From positions 26,970,001-27,034,000 of the forward strand of contig OZ024761.1 of the NCBI GenBank assembly GCA_964016885.1: a stretch of 64,000 nucleotides of DNA. The letters run 5' to 3'. The position numbers and the translations under genes are program-made. This stretch comes from Eledone cirrhosa. Taxonomy: Eukaryota. Positions 1 to 15,185 of this stretch are shown here, in pieces (position 1 is the stretch's first letter; each line of letters opens with the position of its first letter). Below the pieces are notes generated by a model that saw only the letters and a program-made list of their open reading frames with translations, was not told where the DNA came from and did no database searches.

Positions 1-604
<604 letters not shown>

Positions 605-825
605 AATGAAAGGTATAGAAAGTATTGTAGCAAGAAGCCAACAGTATTCCATAATATATATATATATATATATATACAGAGAGAGAGAGAGAGTGGCTAT
701 GAAAAAGGAAGATAGACAGGTAAATACATATAAAAAGAAAGCTAGGTAGATATATGAATGGAGAGAGATATAGCTATAACAGTGGACTGGTAGATATATA
801 TAAAAATATAGATATAGATAAATAG

Positions 826-890
<65 letters not shown>

Positions 891-892
<2 letters not shown>

Positions 893-1124
893 GGAGGTGA
901 GTTTTATTGTAGCACAATAAAGCAATACAAATATCGGATAAGTAGCACTCAACAGTTTATAGGACTGGAGTATAAATAATATAAAATGAAAAGATGGTTA
1001 AAAGAGTTCCATGTATTTTATTATGCGCATTTCAAAAACAAATATCATGGGATGATATTTGTTTTTGAAACGCGCATAATAAAATACTTGGAACTCTTTT
1101 AACCATCTTTTGATTTTATATTAT
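891..1124. mobile_element. Family A HHR-cassette element, fold-back copy (palindrome 976-1124 centred on ribozyme stem II)
   Basis: 891-1048 is homologous to 32968-33127; arms 976-1048 and 1052-1124 are reverse-complementary; both carry GAAA-YGCGCA-TA-ATAAAATA but CTGATGA is absent; flanked by (TA)n. Confidence 0.75.
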
Positions 1125-1544
1125 ATATATAAATAGATAGCTATATATATATATATATATATATACATACAGAGAGAGAGAGAGCTATAACAGAAGTTAG
1201 GCAGGTAGATAGATAATGAAATAGAAATATAGATAGATAGTTAGATAGAGAGAGAAAGGCTGGGAGATGTATGTCAGACACCAAATATAGACCGAGGCTT
1301 AATGTCTGTGTTAGCGGGAAGTCTGTTTCTGGTACGTCGCTTTTACTCAGAATCGAATATAGAAAAGAAAAGTAAACAACAACAACAAGCAACAGCAACA
1401 AAGAAGCAAAGCTAAACCTAACAGGAGACAAGACGAAGGAACAAATTAATGAAGACAAGAAGAATATTTGGTTTCTGAAGATTATCTCTGGCATTACCAT
1501 ATGTGGTGTACAAACATTTCTCTGTAATCTACGTGAGCAAACAC

Positions 1545-1800
1545 ATGACGATTATGGCGATGATGATGATGATGTCGATGGCGATGACGATGATGTCAAT
1601 GATGACGATGACGATGATGTTGACGATGATGATGTTGATAATGGTGGCGGTGGTCATGACGACGACGACGTCGATGATGTCGATGAAGTCGATGACGACG
1701 ATGACGATGATGACGATGATGACGATGATGACGATGATGATGATGATGACGACGACGATATCAATGATGTTAACGATGATGATGGTTATGTTGATGACCA
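1545..1800. repeat. (GAT/GAC)n trinucleotide microsatellite
   Basis: Visible tandem gatgac/gatgat. Confidence 0.95.
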
Positions 1801-1967
1801 TTAAATCGACCTCAGTATTTGTACTTATTTCTATTTTATCGACCTGGGATTGATGAAAGGCAATGGTGATCTTGGCGAGATTTATAACTCTTTGGACTAG
1901 TTATATTTTCCATCATGTTAGGGGTACTAACAATTTTATCTCAGGCGTAACTTCTGACTACAAAACA

Positions 1968-2230
1968 TGAGACTCTGGGGCGAGACTCCAGCCGAGACTT
2001 CAGTCGAGACTTCAACGGAGACTCCATCCGAGACTCCATCCGAGACTTCAACGGAGACTCCAGCCGAGATGCCAGCCGAGACGCCAGCCGAGACGTCAGC
2101 CGAGACGTCAGCCGAGACGCCAGCCGAGACTTCAACGGAGACTCCAGACGAGACTCCAGCCGAGACTCCAACCGAGACTCCAACCGAGACTCCAGCCGAG
2201 ACTCCAACGGAGACTCCAACCGAACTCCTG
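1968..2230. repeat. 12-bp GC-rich minisatellite (CCAGCCGAGACT)n
   Basis: About 21 degenerate units; gives ETPA/SRLE repeat ORFs. Confidence 0.93.
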
Positions 2231-2301
2231 ACAACGAGACACGTTCCTTATAGTCCAATAGTTTGCCGAGTTCATTTCTTTAACTCTATATTTACTATAG
2301 T

Positions 2302-2519
2302 GAAGGCGTGTGCTGAGTGGTTAGAGAATTGGATTCACAATCATGAGGTTGTGCGTTCGATTCCTGGACCGGGCGATGCGTTATGTCCTTGAGCAAGACA
2401 CTTTATTTCACGTTGCTCCTTCTACCTGGAGTTAAGACCAATAGATAGTACTAGCAACTGGAAAGACCAACGGAAACATTGTTTCCTCGGTCCGATTTGA
2501 CGAAAGTCGATCGATCTTT
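2302..2519 (+). mobile_element. tRNA-derived SINE family B (octopus OR-like, V-domain-like core)
   Basis: A box (tgctgagtgg), B box gttcgattcc, core gtccttgagcaagacacttt; TSD tttactatagt at 2291-2301 and 2520-2530; homologous to 23147-23358. Confidence 0.85.
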
Positions 2520-2744
2520 TTTACTATAGTATTTTCATGGTAAAGACTTTACCTCACGTAATTAACTCACATGATATCAAATCTACGAGATTTTTATTTT
2601 TATTTTTATTTTGAGAACAACAGCTTAACATAGGTATGAGCAGCCGGTTAGAGGCGGTTTTAATAGCAAGAGGTGAGAGAGTTCTGGCCGGATACGGCTG
2701 GTTTAAATGCTAAATGGGTGTTCGCAACCAAACACCAACCATAA

Positions 2745-2936
2745 TAACTGTTTCTACGTTAGGCACAAGGCCAGCAATTACTCAGTGCATTACTGGTACT
2801 TTATTTTATCGACCCCGTAAGGATGAAAGGCAAAGTTAACCTCGGCGGGATTTGAACTGAGAATGGCAAGGGCCGTAACTCTATGCGTCAAAGCATGGCA
2901 TCCGGCCCTCTACCGATACTGCCAACCCACCATAAT
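2745..2936 (-). mobile_element. tRNA-derived SINE family A (octopus OK-like), full length
   Basis: B box gttcaaatcc on minus strand, core gcctttcatccttacggggtcgataaaataaagtaccag; 14-bp TSD aacaccaaccataa at 2731-2744 and 2937-2950. Confidence 0.9.
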
Positions 2937-2994
2937 AACACCAACCATAACAACGTCTTCAAAGCCAGCTTGATATTTTAACAATTTATTCTCT

Positions 2995-3112
2995 TGCAAT
3001 TGTGAGGTTGTAGGTTCGATTCCTGGACCTGGCGATGCGTTATGTCCTTGAGCGAGACACTTTATTTCACGTTGCTCCTCCTACCTAGCAAGTATTAGCA
3101 ATTGGAAAGACC
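2995..3112 (+). mobile_element. SINE family B, partial
   Basis: ggttcgattcctggacc...gtccttgagcgagacactttatttcacgttgctcc matches 2340-2470. Confidence 0.8.
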
Positions 3113-3114
3113 TA

Positions 3115-3712
3115 AACATTTGACATTTTCAACTTCTCTTGTACAGTCAAACTAATATCGAGGCGTCACGTTGGTGGTTTGATATACTAGAAATAGCAGC
3201 CAAACACCCTCCAAATAACAGTAGCCATACCAGCATCTTCAAAGCCAGCTTGGTATTTTAACAAAATACCAGCCTTGTCTGTACATTTCACAATTTGAAC
3301 TTCGCTTGTAGGATGAAGCTAACATTAAGGAGTCACATTGGTGGTTTGATATACTAGAAATAGCAGGCGCACCTCTAAATAACAGTAACTTTAACAGCAT
3401 TGTTAAAGCCAGCTTATTATTGCATTAAAAATTAACAGCGCGTATTTGTACATTTGACATTCTTAGCTTCTCTTGAAGAGTCAAGCTGACGTTGAAGTCT
3501 CTCGCTGGTGGTTTGACATGCTACAAATAACAGCTAAACACCCTCCTAATATCACTAACCATAAACATCTTAAAAGTCAGACTTATTGCTTTAATAATTT
3601 ATAGTCCTTGCTTGAACATTTGACAAAAACAACATCCACTGGACACTGAAGTAAATATTGAAGTCTCCAGTTGATGGTTTGATATGCTCAAAATAGCAGC
3701 TAAACATCCATC
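3115..3712. repeat. Degenerate tandem repeat of about 170 bp (about 4 units)
   Basis: ggtggtttgat..ctagaaatagcagc recurs near 3172, 3342, 3507 and 3673. Confidence 0.75.
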
Positions 3713-3719
3713 TAATAAT

Positions 3720-3825
3720 TGTTTCTACTTTTGGCACAAGGCCAGCAATTACCCAGTACATTACTGGTACTTTATTTTATCGACCCCGTATGGATGAAAG
3801 GCAAAGTTAACCTCGGCGGGATTTG
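3720..3825 (-). mobile_element. SINE family A, 5'-truncated
   Basis: Core and tail present; TSD acatccatctaataat at 3704-3719 and 3826-3841. Confidence 0.88.
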
Positions 3826-3841
3826 ACATCCATCTAATAAT

Positions 3842-4062
3842 GATTTCTGATTTAGGCACAAGACCAGCAATGTTGGGAGAGGGTAAACTTGATTAAATCG
3901 CACCAGTGCATTACTGGTACTTTAATTTATCGATTCTGTAAGGATGAAACGCAAACCTAACCTCGGTGGGATTTAATCTCAGAACGTAAAGGGGCCGCAA
4001 CTCCATGTCGCAAAGCATGGTGTCCGACGCTCTACCGATTACTGACAATCCACCGCTCTCCA
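3842..4062 (-). mobile_element. SINE family A, long (older) variant
   Basis: Head, core and extra internal segment; followed by acatccacctaataat at 4063-4078. Confidence 0.85.
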
Positions 4063-4244
4063 ACATCCACCTAATAATGATTGCTGTAATATATAGTAAT
4101 GATGATGTATATACGTGTGGGTGTATGAACGCACACATTCTCCTGAGGAAGGACTACATTCCGATACGTTAAACTCCTTTTTCTATCTTTTATCTAAGTG
4201 TGAACCTAATAACACTAATTGGTTTTGTATCTCTCTGTTTGTCA

Positions 4245-5430
<1,186 letters not shown>

Positions 5431-5717
5431 TGAACATATTTTATAGAAACACAAATATAATAATGCTTAACGCAACAGCCTTGCATCTATATGTGTGTGT
5501 ATATATATATGTATGAGAGTGTGTGTGTATGTTCACTTTATATATATATATATATGTGTGTGTGTGAAAGAATATCTATCTGTGTGCGTATATCTAAGGT
5601 GAAGTATTAGTGTGTCTGTGTGTGCGAATATGTATCTGTCTGTGTGTGTGTGCGTGTGTGTACAATTGCAGATATATATATATATGTACACATACTGACA
5701 TATATGTGTGCATTTCA

Positions 5718-5784
<67 letters not shown>

Positions 5785-5902
5785 TCTCTCTCTCTCTCAC
5801 TCTCTCTCTCTCTATATATATAAAGTACTCATACAAATATATACGTATGCATTTGTATAAATATATCTATCTACATATAGACATCTATAGTATGTGTGTA
5901 TT

Positions 5903-5934
<32 letters not shown>

Positions 5935-6399
5935 CACACACATACATATATATATATGTATACATATATATATATGTATACACACACATACATTCACATA
6001 TATACTATGTATGTATATATGTAGGGAGGTATGTTCGTTTGCTGATGTATTTCATTATAATGGTGTTATAGAGTAGCGTAAAGAAAAGTTTTTGTCTTCG
6101 TAGTAGCTGTGATGATGATGATGATATTCGCCATTATGATGGGGGGGGGGGGGGTCAGGCAGATGGTGGAGTGTGCTCCAACTCTCTTTATCCTTCGGTT
6201 TTTATCGGTCAGTGAAAGTACATATTATCGATCTATGTTAGTTGATTGACTAAACCTCCTCACTATAAAAACCTGCAAAAAAATTGTATATTGATCTTAC
6301 AATGGTTTGTGTGAAATGCATGAACCAAACTAAACATTTCATATTTTTATGTCAATATCTACACACGAACACATCATCTCCCATATATACACACAGTTA

Positions 6400-6401
6400 T
6401 G

Positions 6402-6446
<45 letters not shown>

Positions 6447-6466
6447 TTATATATATATATATATAC

Positions 6467-6514
<48 letters not shown>

Positions 6515-6515
6515 T

Positions 6516-6547
<32 letters not shown>

Positions 6548-6565
6548 TATATACAGTTATATATT

Positions 6566-6640
<75 letters not shown>

Positions 6641-6667
6641 TTATATATATATATATATATATACAGT

Positions 6668-6699
<32 letters not shown>

Positions 6700-6810
6700 T
6701 ATATACAGTTATATATTTATATATATATATACATATATATATACATTTATATATATATATATACATATATATACAGTTATATATATATATATATACATAT
6801 ATATATACAG

Positions 6811-6849
<39 letters not shown>

Positions 6850-6857
6850 TATACAGT

Positions 6858-6889
<32 letters not shown>

Positions 6890-6896
6890 TATACAG

Positions 6897-6935
<39 letters not shown>

Positions 6936-7136
6936 TATATACAGTTATATATACATATATATACAGTTATATATACATATATATACAGTTATATATATAT
7001 ATACATATATATATATACAGTTATATATATATATATATATATATATACAGTTATATATATATATACATATATATATACAGATATACAGTTATATATATAT
7101 ACAGTTATATATATATACACAGTTATATATATACAG

Positions 7137-7185
<49 letters not shown>

Positions 7186-7210
7186 TATATATAGTTATAT
7201 ATATATACAC
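6400..7210. repeat. (TA)n-CAGT compound minisatellite
   Basis: tacagtta recurring between (TA)n runs. Confidence 0.95.
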
Positions 7211-7451
7211 ACACAGATACACTAACACATACGCACTCTCTCACATACACACACACAGATTCACACATACATCTACACACATATATATATGTATAACTAT
7301 TTTATATGTATACATTTATCTGGATATATATTCTTTGCCTTTATATAGTTGCATTATCAACTCATTTAAATGTGTTTTATATATGTGTATGTGTGTGTGT
7401 GTGTGTTATGTATATATGTTTATATATATATAACACATACACATATGTATA

Positions 7452-7494
<43 letters not shown>

Positions 7495-7629
7495 ATTCAT
7501 AATTATGAACTGGTGCGCTCGTAGTTCGAACCGACGGAGGTCCAACGAGTGCCTGCATTCACTCACACTGTCATGCTGAATCTTTCTGAGAGTTTCACTA
7601 CTTATGCATCTGTCTGTTGGATTCTTGGC

Positions 7630-7659
7630 CACTTACACTTTAATGTGGGTGTGTATGTA

Positions 7660-7700
<41 letters not shown>

Positions 7701-8340
7701 CTGTGTGTATATAAAACCAGCGACTTCTTTTGCATCCAGTGATGTAGACCAGTTCATGCTTGTACCTGTTGAACTCTTGGTCCTTTCACTTTAATGTGTG
7801 TATGTGTCTCTGTGTGTGTATGTGTCTCTGTGTGTGTATGTGTGTGTGTGTGTGTGTAGACAAAACTTGCGACTTCTTTTGCATCCAACGATATATCATG
7901 CATGTACCTGTTGAACTCTTGGGTCTTTACATTTTAATGTGTGTGTGTGTCTATGTGTGTGTATGTGTCTATGTGTGGGTGTGTGTGTGTGTGTAGATAA
8001 AACTTGCGACTTCTTTTGCATCCAACGATATATCATGCATGTACCTGTTGAACTCTTGGGTCTTTACACTTTGTGTGTGTGTGTGTCTATGTGTGTGTAT
8101 GTGTCTGTGTGGGTGTGTGTGTGTGTAGACAAAACTTGCGACTTATTTTGCATCCAATGATGTATCATGCATGTACCTGTTGAACTCTTGGGTCTTTACA
8201 TTTTAATGTGTGTGTGTGTCTATGTGTGTGTATGTGTCTATGTGTGGGTGTGTGTGTGTGTAGATAAAACTTGCGACTTATTTTGCACCCAATGATGTAT
8301 CATACATGTACCTGTTGAACTCTTGGGTCTTTACACTTTA

Positions 8341-8373
<33 letters not shown>

Positions 8374-8460
8374 GGTGTGTGTGTGTGTTTGTGTATGGGT
8401 GTGAGTGTGTGTAGATAAAACTTGCGACTTCTTTTGCATCCAATGATGTAGACCAGTTCT
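7630..8460. repeat. Tandem repeat of about 140 bp (6 units), each with an internal (GT)n
   Basis: aaaacttgcgacttcttttgcatcca...gtacctgttgaactcttgggtctttacac recurs near 7712, 7862, 7999, 8131, 8266, 8417. Confidence 0.92.
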
Positions 8461-8720
8461 TCTTTTGGGGCAAATGCATTCGATGTTCAGAGAGTGGTGT
8501 TGGTCCCGTGCTAAGCCTTTCGTCACTTGAAATATCTTCAAGCACAGACATTGTTTATACATGTGGCATTTATTACGTTGCATGGTATTGCTGGCCACAG
8601 GCAAGTCCCTAGCAGGAGTAAAAAAGCCCCGTCTGTGATGCTCAAGCTTAAGTATCAAGGGATAGCGTTACTCGAAATCAAGTTGCAGCCATCATCATCA
8701 TCATGTATGTATATGTGTAT

Positions 8721-8782
8721 AATAAAGTACCAGTAATACACTGGAATAATTGCTGGCCTTGTGCCAAAAGTAGAAACAATTA
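8721..8782 (+). mobile_element. SINE family A 3' fragment
   Basis: aataaagtaccagtaatacactgg..aattgctggccttgtgccaaaagtagaaacaatt. Confidence 0.8.
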
Positions 8783-8821
8783 TGTATGTATATGTGTGTA
8801 TGTATACACACATATACATAA

Positions 8822-9145
8822 GCAATGGCCTGGTGTATCTCATGAAACCATCGGTGTCTCCATTGAATTGGTGTGTCGTGAGTGTGGAAAGATTTGCTTG
8901 AGCAAATCTGGTCACAGGAGCCACTATCGCCGCCATCTTCAAAGAGAACCCGGGAGCTATGATCTCTACGGTATTGTGAAGGTTCACGGGCAACCTGATG
9001 CAAGACCTGAGGCTTGGGAGTTCCATAGTTGGGAATGTGCGAAGGAGTGGAGCTCTCTTGCAGGCTAGAAAAGCCATATCCGAGCATCACACATCTGAAC
9101 CTGACAAGCGATTACAATACTCTTAACGTGAGTTTGCGGCTATCA
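8822..9145 (+). pseudogene. Degenerate C2H2 zinc-finger pair, probably a LINE ORF C-terminal relic
   Basis: LVCRECGKICLSKSGHRSHYRRH, then a broken second finger WECAKEWSSLAG*KSHIRASH with an in-frame stop. Confidence 0.5.
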
Positions 9146-9159
9146 TGAAACCATAATTA

Positions 9160-9740
9160 TTGTTGGAATCGTAAAGACACCATAGCGGCATACGGCGTTT
9201 GAAAACCTGGCAGATCCCATCTCCTCCTCAGGTATGAACACAGCAGAATTGTTCCAAAGAAGCAGTGTGGGGGGACTGAGAGGTAATGAGAAAAGGTCAA
9301 GGACAGCAGAAATCTCCACTGCCAAGGGCACGACCGTGAACCTGTCGGAGAGCGACCGGTACTTGGAGAGTTTGGCCTCCTCAGCCCGACGGGCAGCAGA
9401 ACATGGGTGAGACGCAGACTGCACCAGGTTACGGCTGGAGAAAGGGTCGCTGCAAGTGGCATCCCAGACGAGGAGTTTGCCACCGCGGAACGGGAAGATG
9501 GTCATACAGCCTGGCCTTTCGCCGTCCCATCAGTCCAGCCCTAACCTGCTCGAGCTGGGAAGGGAAGTCTGCAGCGTACAAGCCATGCTTTATGACCTCG
9601 TTGAGGGCAGCATGGCGTCGAAGGCGGCCGGCACTGAGGCGACAGGTAAGCTGGTGGAGGCCGAAAGAGTCCTCGGTGGATCCACAGCGACATTTGTGTG
9701 GCAAGTATTGTGGTAGTATTCAGGCTGTTAAGGAAGAATT
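9160..9740 (-). mobile_element. CRE-clade-like non-LTR retrotransposon relic (zinc knuckle plus restriction-like endonuclease)
   Basis: PHKCRCG..D..G.H.L.C....GR..RHAALN..I, then after a frameshift GLD*WDGERPGCMTIFPFRGGKLLVWDATCSD...K..KY..L....VPLAVE; resembles the CRE RPDG..W/F..GK.L.WD.T motif; locally GC-rich. Confidence 0.8.
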
Positions 9741-9789
9741 TATGCAGGTAAACTGATATGGGCTCCTCTTTATTATTATTATATATAAT

Positions 9790-9976
9790 ATGGTGGATTG
9801 GCAGTATCGGTAGAGGGTCGGACGTCATGCTTTCCAGCATAGTTACGTCCCTTTACGATCTGAGTTCAAATCCCGCCGAGGTTGACTTTGCCTTTCATCC
9901 TTACGGGGTCGATAAAATAAAGTACCAGTAATGCATTGGGTAATTGCTGGCCTTGTGCCTAAAGTAGAAACAATTA
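9790..9976 (+). mobile_element. SINE family A, full length
   Basis: A box tggcagtatcgg, B box gagttcaaatcc, core and tail. Confidence 0.92.
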
Positions 9977-10474
9977 TATATAGTGATGGAGAGATATGTA
10001 TGTAAAATCTGTATCTGCTCATGTATTGAGTACTCCCATGATTCGTGACCTCCTCGGCCTCAGAGAGAGAGAGAGAGAAAGATAGTTTTGTAGTACTATT
10101 TCTCTCTCTCTCTCTCACTCTCGCACTCACTCTCTCTCTCTGTTTAAATAAATAAATAAATATATATTAATACAAGTTTTGTTTAACCAGCCACTGCATT
10201 TATGTGCCATAAACATTTTATATAATAACTGCACATTCGTCGCCATTTTGGTAATAAAGAAAAATATTATTATTATTATTATTATTACTAAATATGATAT
10301 ATTTATATTTTCATTAAGTCGCAAATCTTTCGAAGATATTTAAAAAAAAATACTAAAAAAGAAACCCCCGCCCCTGAAATAGTAAAAAAAAATGAGACAA
10401 AAACAAACCAAGAAAAATAAAGAAAATACTTTATTTCAATTTCTTTCGTATTTATTCCTTTATATATTGGGTTT

Positions 10475-10544
10475 GTATATATATATATATATATAATGTG
10501 TATGTGTGTGTGTATATATATGTGTGTATGTGTGTATATATATA

Positions 10545-10587
<43 letters not shown>

Positions 10588-11032
10588 TCACATCCATATA
10601 TGTATGTATAGATACATATACATTATATATATATATACATTATATATAAATATATATATATACATTATATATAAACATATATATATATACAATATATATA
10701 AATATATATATATACAATATATATAAATATATATACATTATATATATATTTATATATAATGTATATATATATAATGTATATATATATATATTTATATATA
10801 ATGTATATATTTATATATAATGCATATATTTATGTATAATGTATATGTATATATTATATATATGCATATATTTGTGTGTGTGAATATATACATATATATA
10901 TATAATGTATATATATATATACATTATATATAAATATATATATATATATACATTATATATAAATATATATATGTATATATATATATATATATATATACAC
11001 ATTATATATACATATATATATTATATACATAC

Positions 11033-11095
<63 letters not shown>

Positions 11096-11332
11096 ATTTT
11101 CTGTATTGAGAGGAACAGGTTTTTCCAATATTTTGGAGAAAAAGATACCAACTAATACTAACACAATCCCTGAAACACACACACACACACATATATATAT
11201 ACACACACATATATATACATACACACACCCACACATATATATATACACACACACATATATATATACACACACATATATATACATACACACACCCACACAT
11301 ATATATATACACACACACATATATATATACAT

Positions 11333-11363
<31 letters not shown>

Positions 11364-11401
11364 CATACACATATATACACACGCTAATAGCCACACTCAT
11401 A

Positions 11402-11445
<44 letters not shown>

Positions 11446-11516
11446 TACACACATACACACGCCTACACAAACATATATAGATTTACTTATTTGTATAAAC
11501 ATTATATATCGTATTG

Positions 11517-11561
<45 letters not shown>

Positions 11562-11615
11562 CCCTCTCTCTCTCTCCCCCTCTCTCTCTCTCTCTATCTA
11601 TCTATCATTCTATCT

Positions 11616-11691
<76 letters not shown>

Positions 11692-11926
11692 ATCTGTCTA
11701 TTTATCTCTCTCGTCGTGTTTGTTTGTATGTATGTGTATGTATATATATATATATATATGTATGGGTATGTATATATATATATATGTATGTGTGTATATA
11801 TATAGATATATGTATGTGTGTATATATATAGATATATATATGTGTATATGTCCCTCTCACGCTGTGTGTGTGTGTATATATATATACATGTATGTATGTA
11901 AGTATGTGTGTATGTATGTATCTATG

Positions 11927-11961
<35 letters not shown>

Positions 11962-12272
11962 ACTTGTCTCTGTAAATACATATTCACCCATATTTACAAG
12001 AATGAATGCTCAGTAGGAAGAGATTAAAAATAAAAACAAAAATATCACACGCACCCGTACACACACACACGCACCCGTACACACGCACACACACATACAC
12101 ACATGCACTACACACACACACACACACTCTTTGTGTATTTCGAATATCATGCAGAACAGAATATTCTAGAAACCAATCAATAATTATTCTCACAAATTTT
12201 TATATTTTATCTATTTCCCTTATCATTTATTGTTGTCGTTGTTGTTAAAAAATGAAGAAATCATTACATATA

Positions 12273-12303
<31 letters not shown>

Positions 12304-12954
12304 GTGTGCATATTTATATATATATATGTATATATGTATATATATATATATGTCTGTGTGTATGTGTATATATGTGTATATATATATATGTGTATATGTA
12401 TTTATATATGTATATATATATATATATATGTGTGTATATGTATATATATATATATGTGTATATATATATGTGTATATGTGTATATATATGTGTGTATATG
12501 TATATATATATATGTGTGTATATGTGTGTATATATATATATGTGTGTATATATATGTGTGTGTATGTGTATATGTGTATATATATATATATGTGTGTGTG
12601 TGTGTATATATATATGTGTGTGTGTGTGTATATATATATGTGTGTGTGTGTATATATATATGTGTGTGTGTGTATATATATATGTGTGTATATGTGTATA
12701 TATATATGTGTGTATATGTGTATATATATATATGTGTATATCTGTATATATATATATGTGTGTATATGTGTATATATATATATGTGTGTATATGTGTATA
12801 TATATATATGTGTGTATATGTGTATATATATATGTGTGTATATGTGTATATATATATGTGTGTATATGTGTATATATATATGTGTGTATATGTATATATA
12901 TATGTGTATATATATATATGTGTATATATATGTGTGTGTGTATATATGTGTGTG

Positions 12955-12993
<39 letters not shown>

Positions 12994-13005
12994 ATATATA
13001 TATAT
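10475..13005. repeat. Compound (TA)n/(TG)n/(CA)n/(CT)n microsatellite field
   Basis: Directly visible. Confidence 0.93.
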
Positions 13006-13296
13006 AACCTTTTTTTCTTATTGCAAGCGGAGGATGTAATTGATTGTATCTTTTTCATAATAATTCTTCCTCTTCCTTCTGCAATAATAACGCATGCGCA
13101 CATAGGAACACGTGTGTTAGAAGTGGCGCTGAAGACACAGTCAGCCGTGGCGAAATAATGGCGCAATGTGAATGCGAGAATTCATGCAGAGATATTGGAA
13201 TTTATTAAGAATCAGGTCGAAACAAAATGGCGTTTAAAATTACAAGATAGAAATCTATTAGAATAATTACCATTGCCATTACTTTATTTATTATTA

Positions 13297-13340
<44 letters not shown>

Positions 13341-13341
<1 letters not shown>

Positions 13342-13520
13342 GGGAGGTGGATTGGAAGTATCGGTAGAGCATCAGATAAGATGCTTGGCAGCATAGAGTT
13401 ACGGCCCGTTACGTTCTGAGTTCAAATCCTTTGCCTTTCATCATTACGTGGTGGATAAAATAAAGTACCAGTAATGAACTGGGGTAATTGCTAGCCTTGG
13501 ACCAAAAGAAAAAAGAATTA
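13341..13520 (+). mobile_element. SINE family A with internal deletion
   Basis: Head, B box, core and tail; follows (TTA)n. Confidence 0.85.
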
Positions 13521-13522
13521 TT

Positions 13523-13730
13523 AGGGTGGTGGATTGACAGTATCGTTAGAGCGTTAGATTAGATGCTCGGCAGCATAGAGTTATGGCCTTTTACGTTCTG
13601 AGTTCAAATTCCGCCGAGGTTAGCTTTGCCTTTCATCCTTACGGGGGTCGATAAAATGAAGTACCAGTCATACACTGAGGTCGATCTAATCGACTTTCCC
13701 TCCCCCAAAATTGCTGGATTGGCAGAATCG
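13523..13730 (+). mobile_element. SINE family A long variant (closest to octopus OK consensus as I recall it)
   Basis: Includes ggtcgatctaatcgactttccctcccccaaaattgctgg segment. Confidence 0.87.
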
Positions 13731-13734
13731 GTAC

Positions 13735-15185
13735 ATATATATATATATATATATACACACCACACCATACATATATATATATACACACCACACCACACCA
13801 TACATATATATATATACACACCACACCATACATATATATATATACACACCACACCATACATATATATATATACACACCACACCACACCATACATATATAT
13901 ATATACACACCACACCATACATATATATATATACACACCACACCATATATATATATATATATACACACCACAAGACACCACACCATATATATATATACAC
14001 CACACCATACATATATATATATACACACCACACCATACATATATATATAATCACTCCACACCACACGACACCATATATATATATATATACACCACACCAT
14101 ATATATATATATACACACCACAAGACACCACACCATATATATATATATACCACACCATACATATATATATACACACCACACCATACATATATATATACAC
14201 ACACCACACCATACATATATATATAATCACTCCACACCACACGACACCATATATATATATACACACCACACCATATATATATATACACACCACACGACAC
14301 CACACCATATATATATATATATATACACACCACACCACACCATACACACATATATATATACACACCACAGCACACGACACCACACCATATATATATACAC
14401 ACCACACTATACATATATATACACACACCACACCACACCACACCATACATACATACACACCACACGATAGCAAACATATATATATACACACCACACCACA
14501 CCATACATATATATATACACACCACACCACACGACACCATATATATATACACACCACACCATACCATACATATATATATACACACCACACCACACCACAC
14601 CATACATATATATATACACACCACACCATACATATATATATACACACCACACCACACCACACCATACATATATATATACACACCACACCACACCACACCA
14701 TATATATATATATACACACCACACCACACCATACATATATATATACACACCACACCACACCATACATATATATATACACACCACACCACACCACACCATA
14801 CATATATATATACACACCACACCACACCACACCATACATATATATATACACACCACACCATACATATATATATACACACCACACCATACCATACATATAT
14901 ATATACACACCACACCACACCATACATATATATATACACACCACACCACACCACACCATATATATATATATACACACCACACCATACATATATATATACA
15001 CACCACACCACACCATACCATACATATATATATACACACCACACCACACCATACATATATATATACACACCACACCACACCATACCATACATATATATAT
15101 ACACACCACACCACACCATACATATATATATACACACCACACCACACCACACCATACCATACATATATATATATACACCACACTT
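13735..15185. repeat. (CACCA)n-(TA)n compound minisatellite
   Basis: Visible; THHTTPYIYI ORFs are artefacts. Confidence 0.95.

Noticed and set aside
1967-2392. ETPA-repeat ORF
   Set aside because: 12-bp minisatellite running into a SINE
8703-9068. Host C2H2 zinc-finger gene
   Set aside because: ORF start lies in SINE and microsatellite sequence, no TGEKP linkers, second finger has a stop
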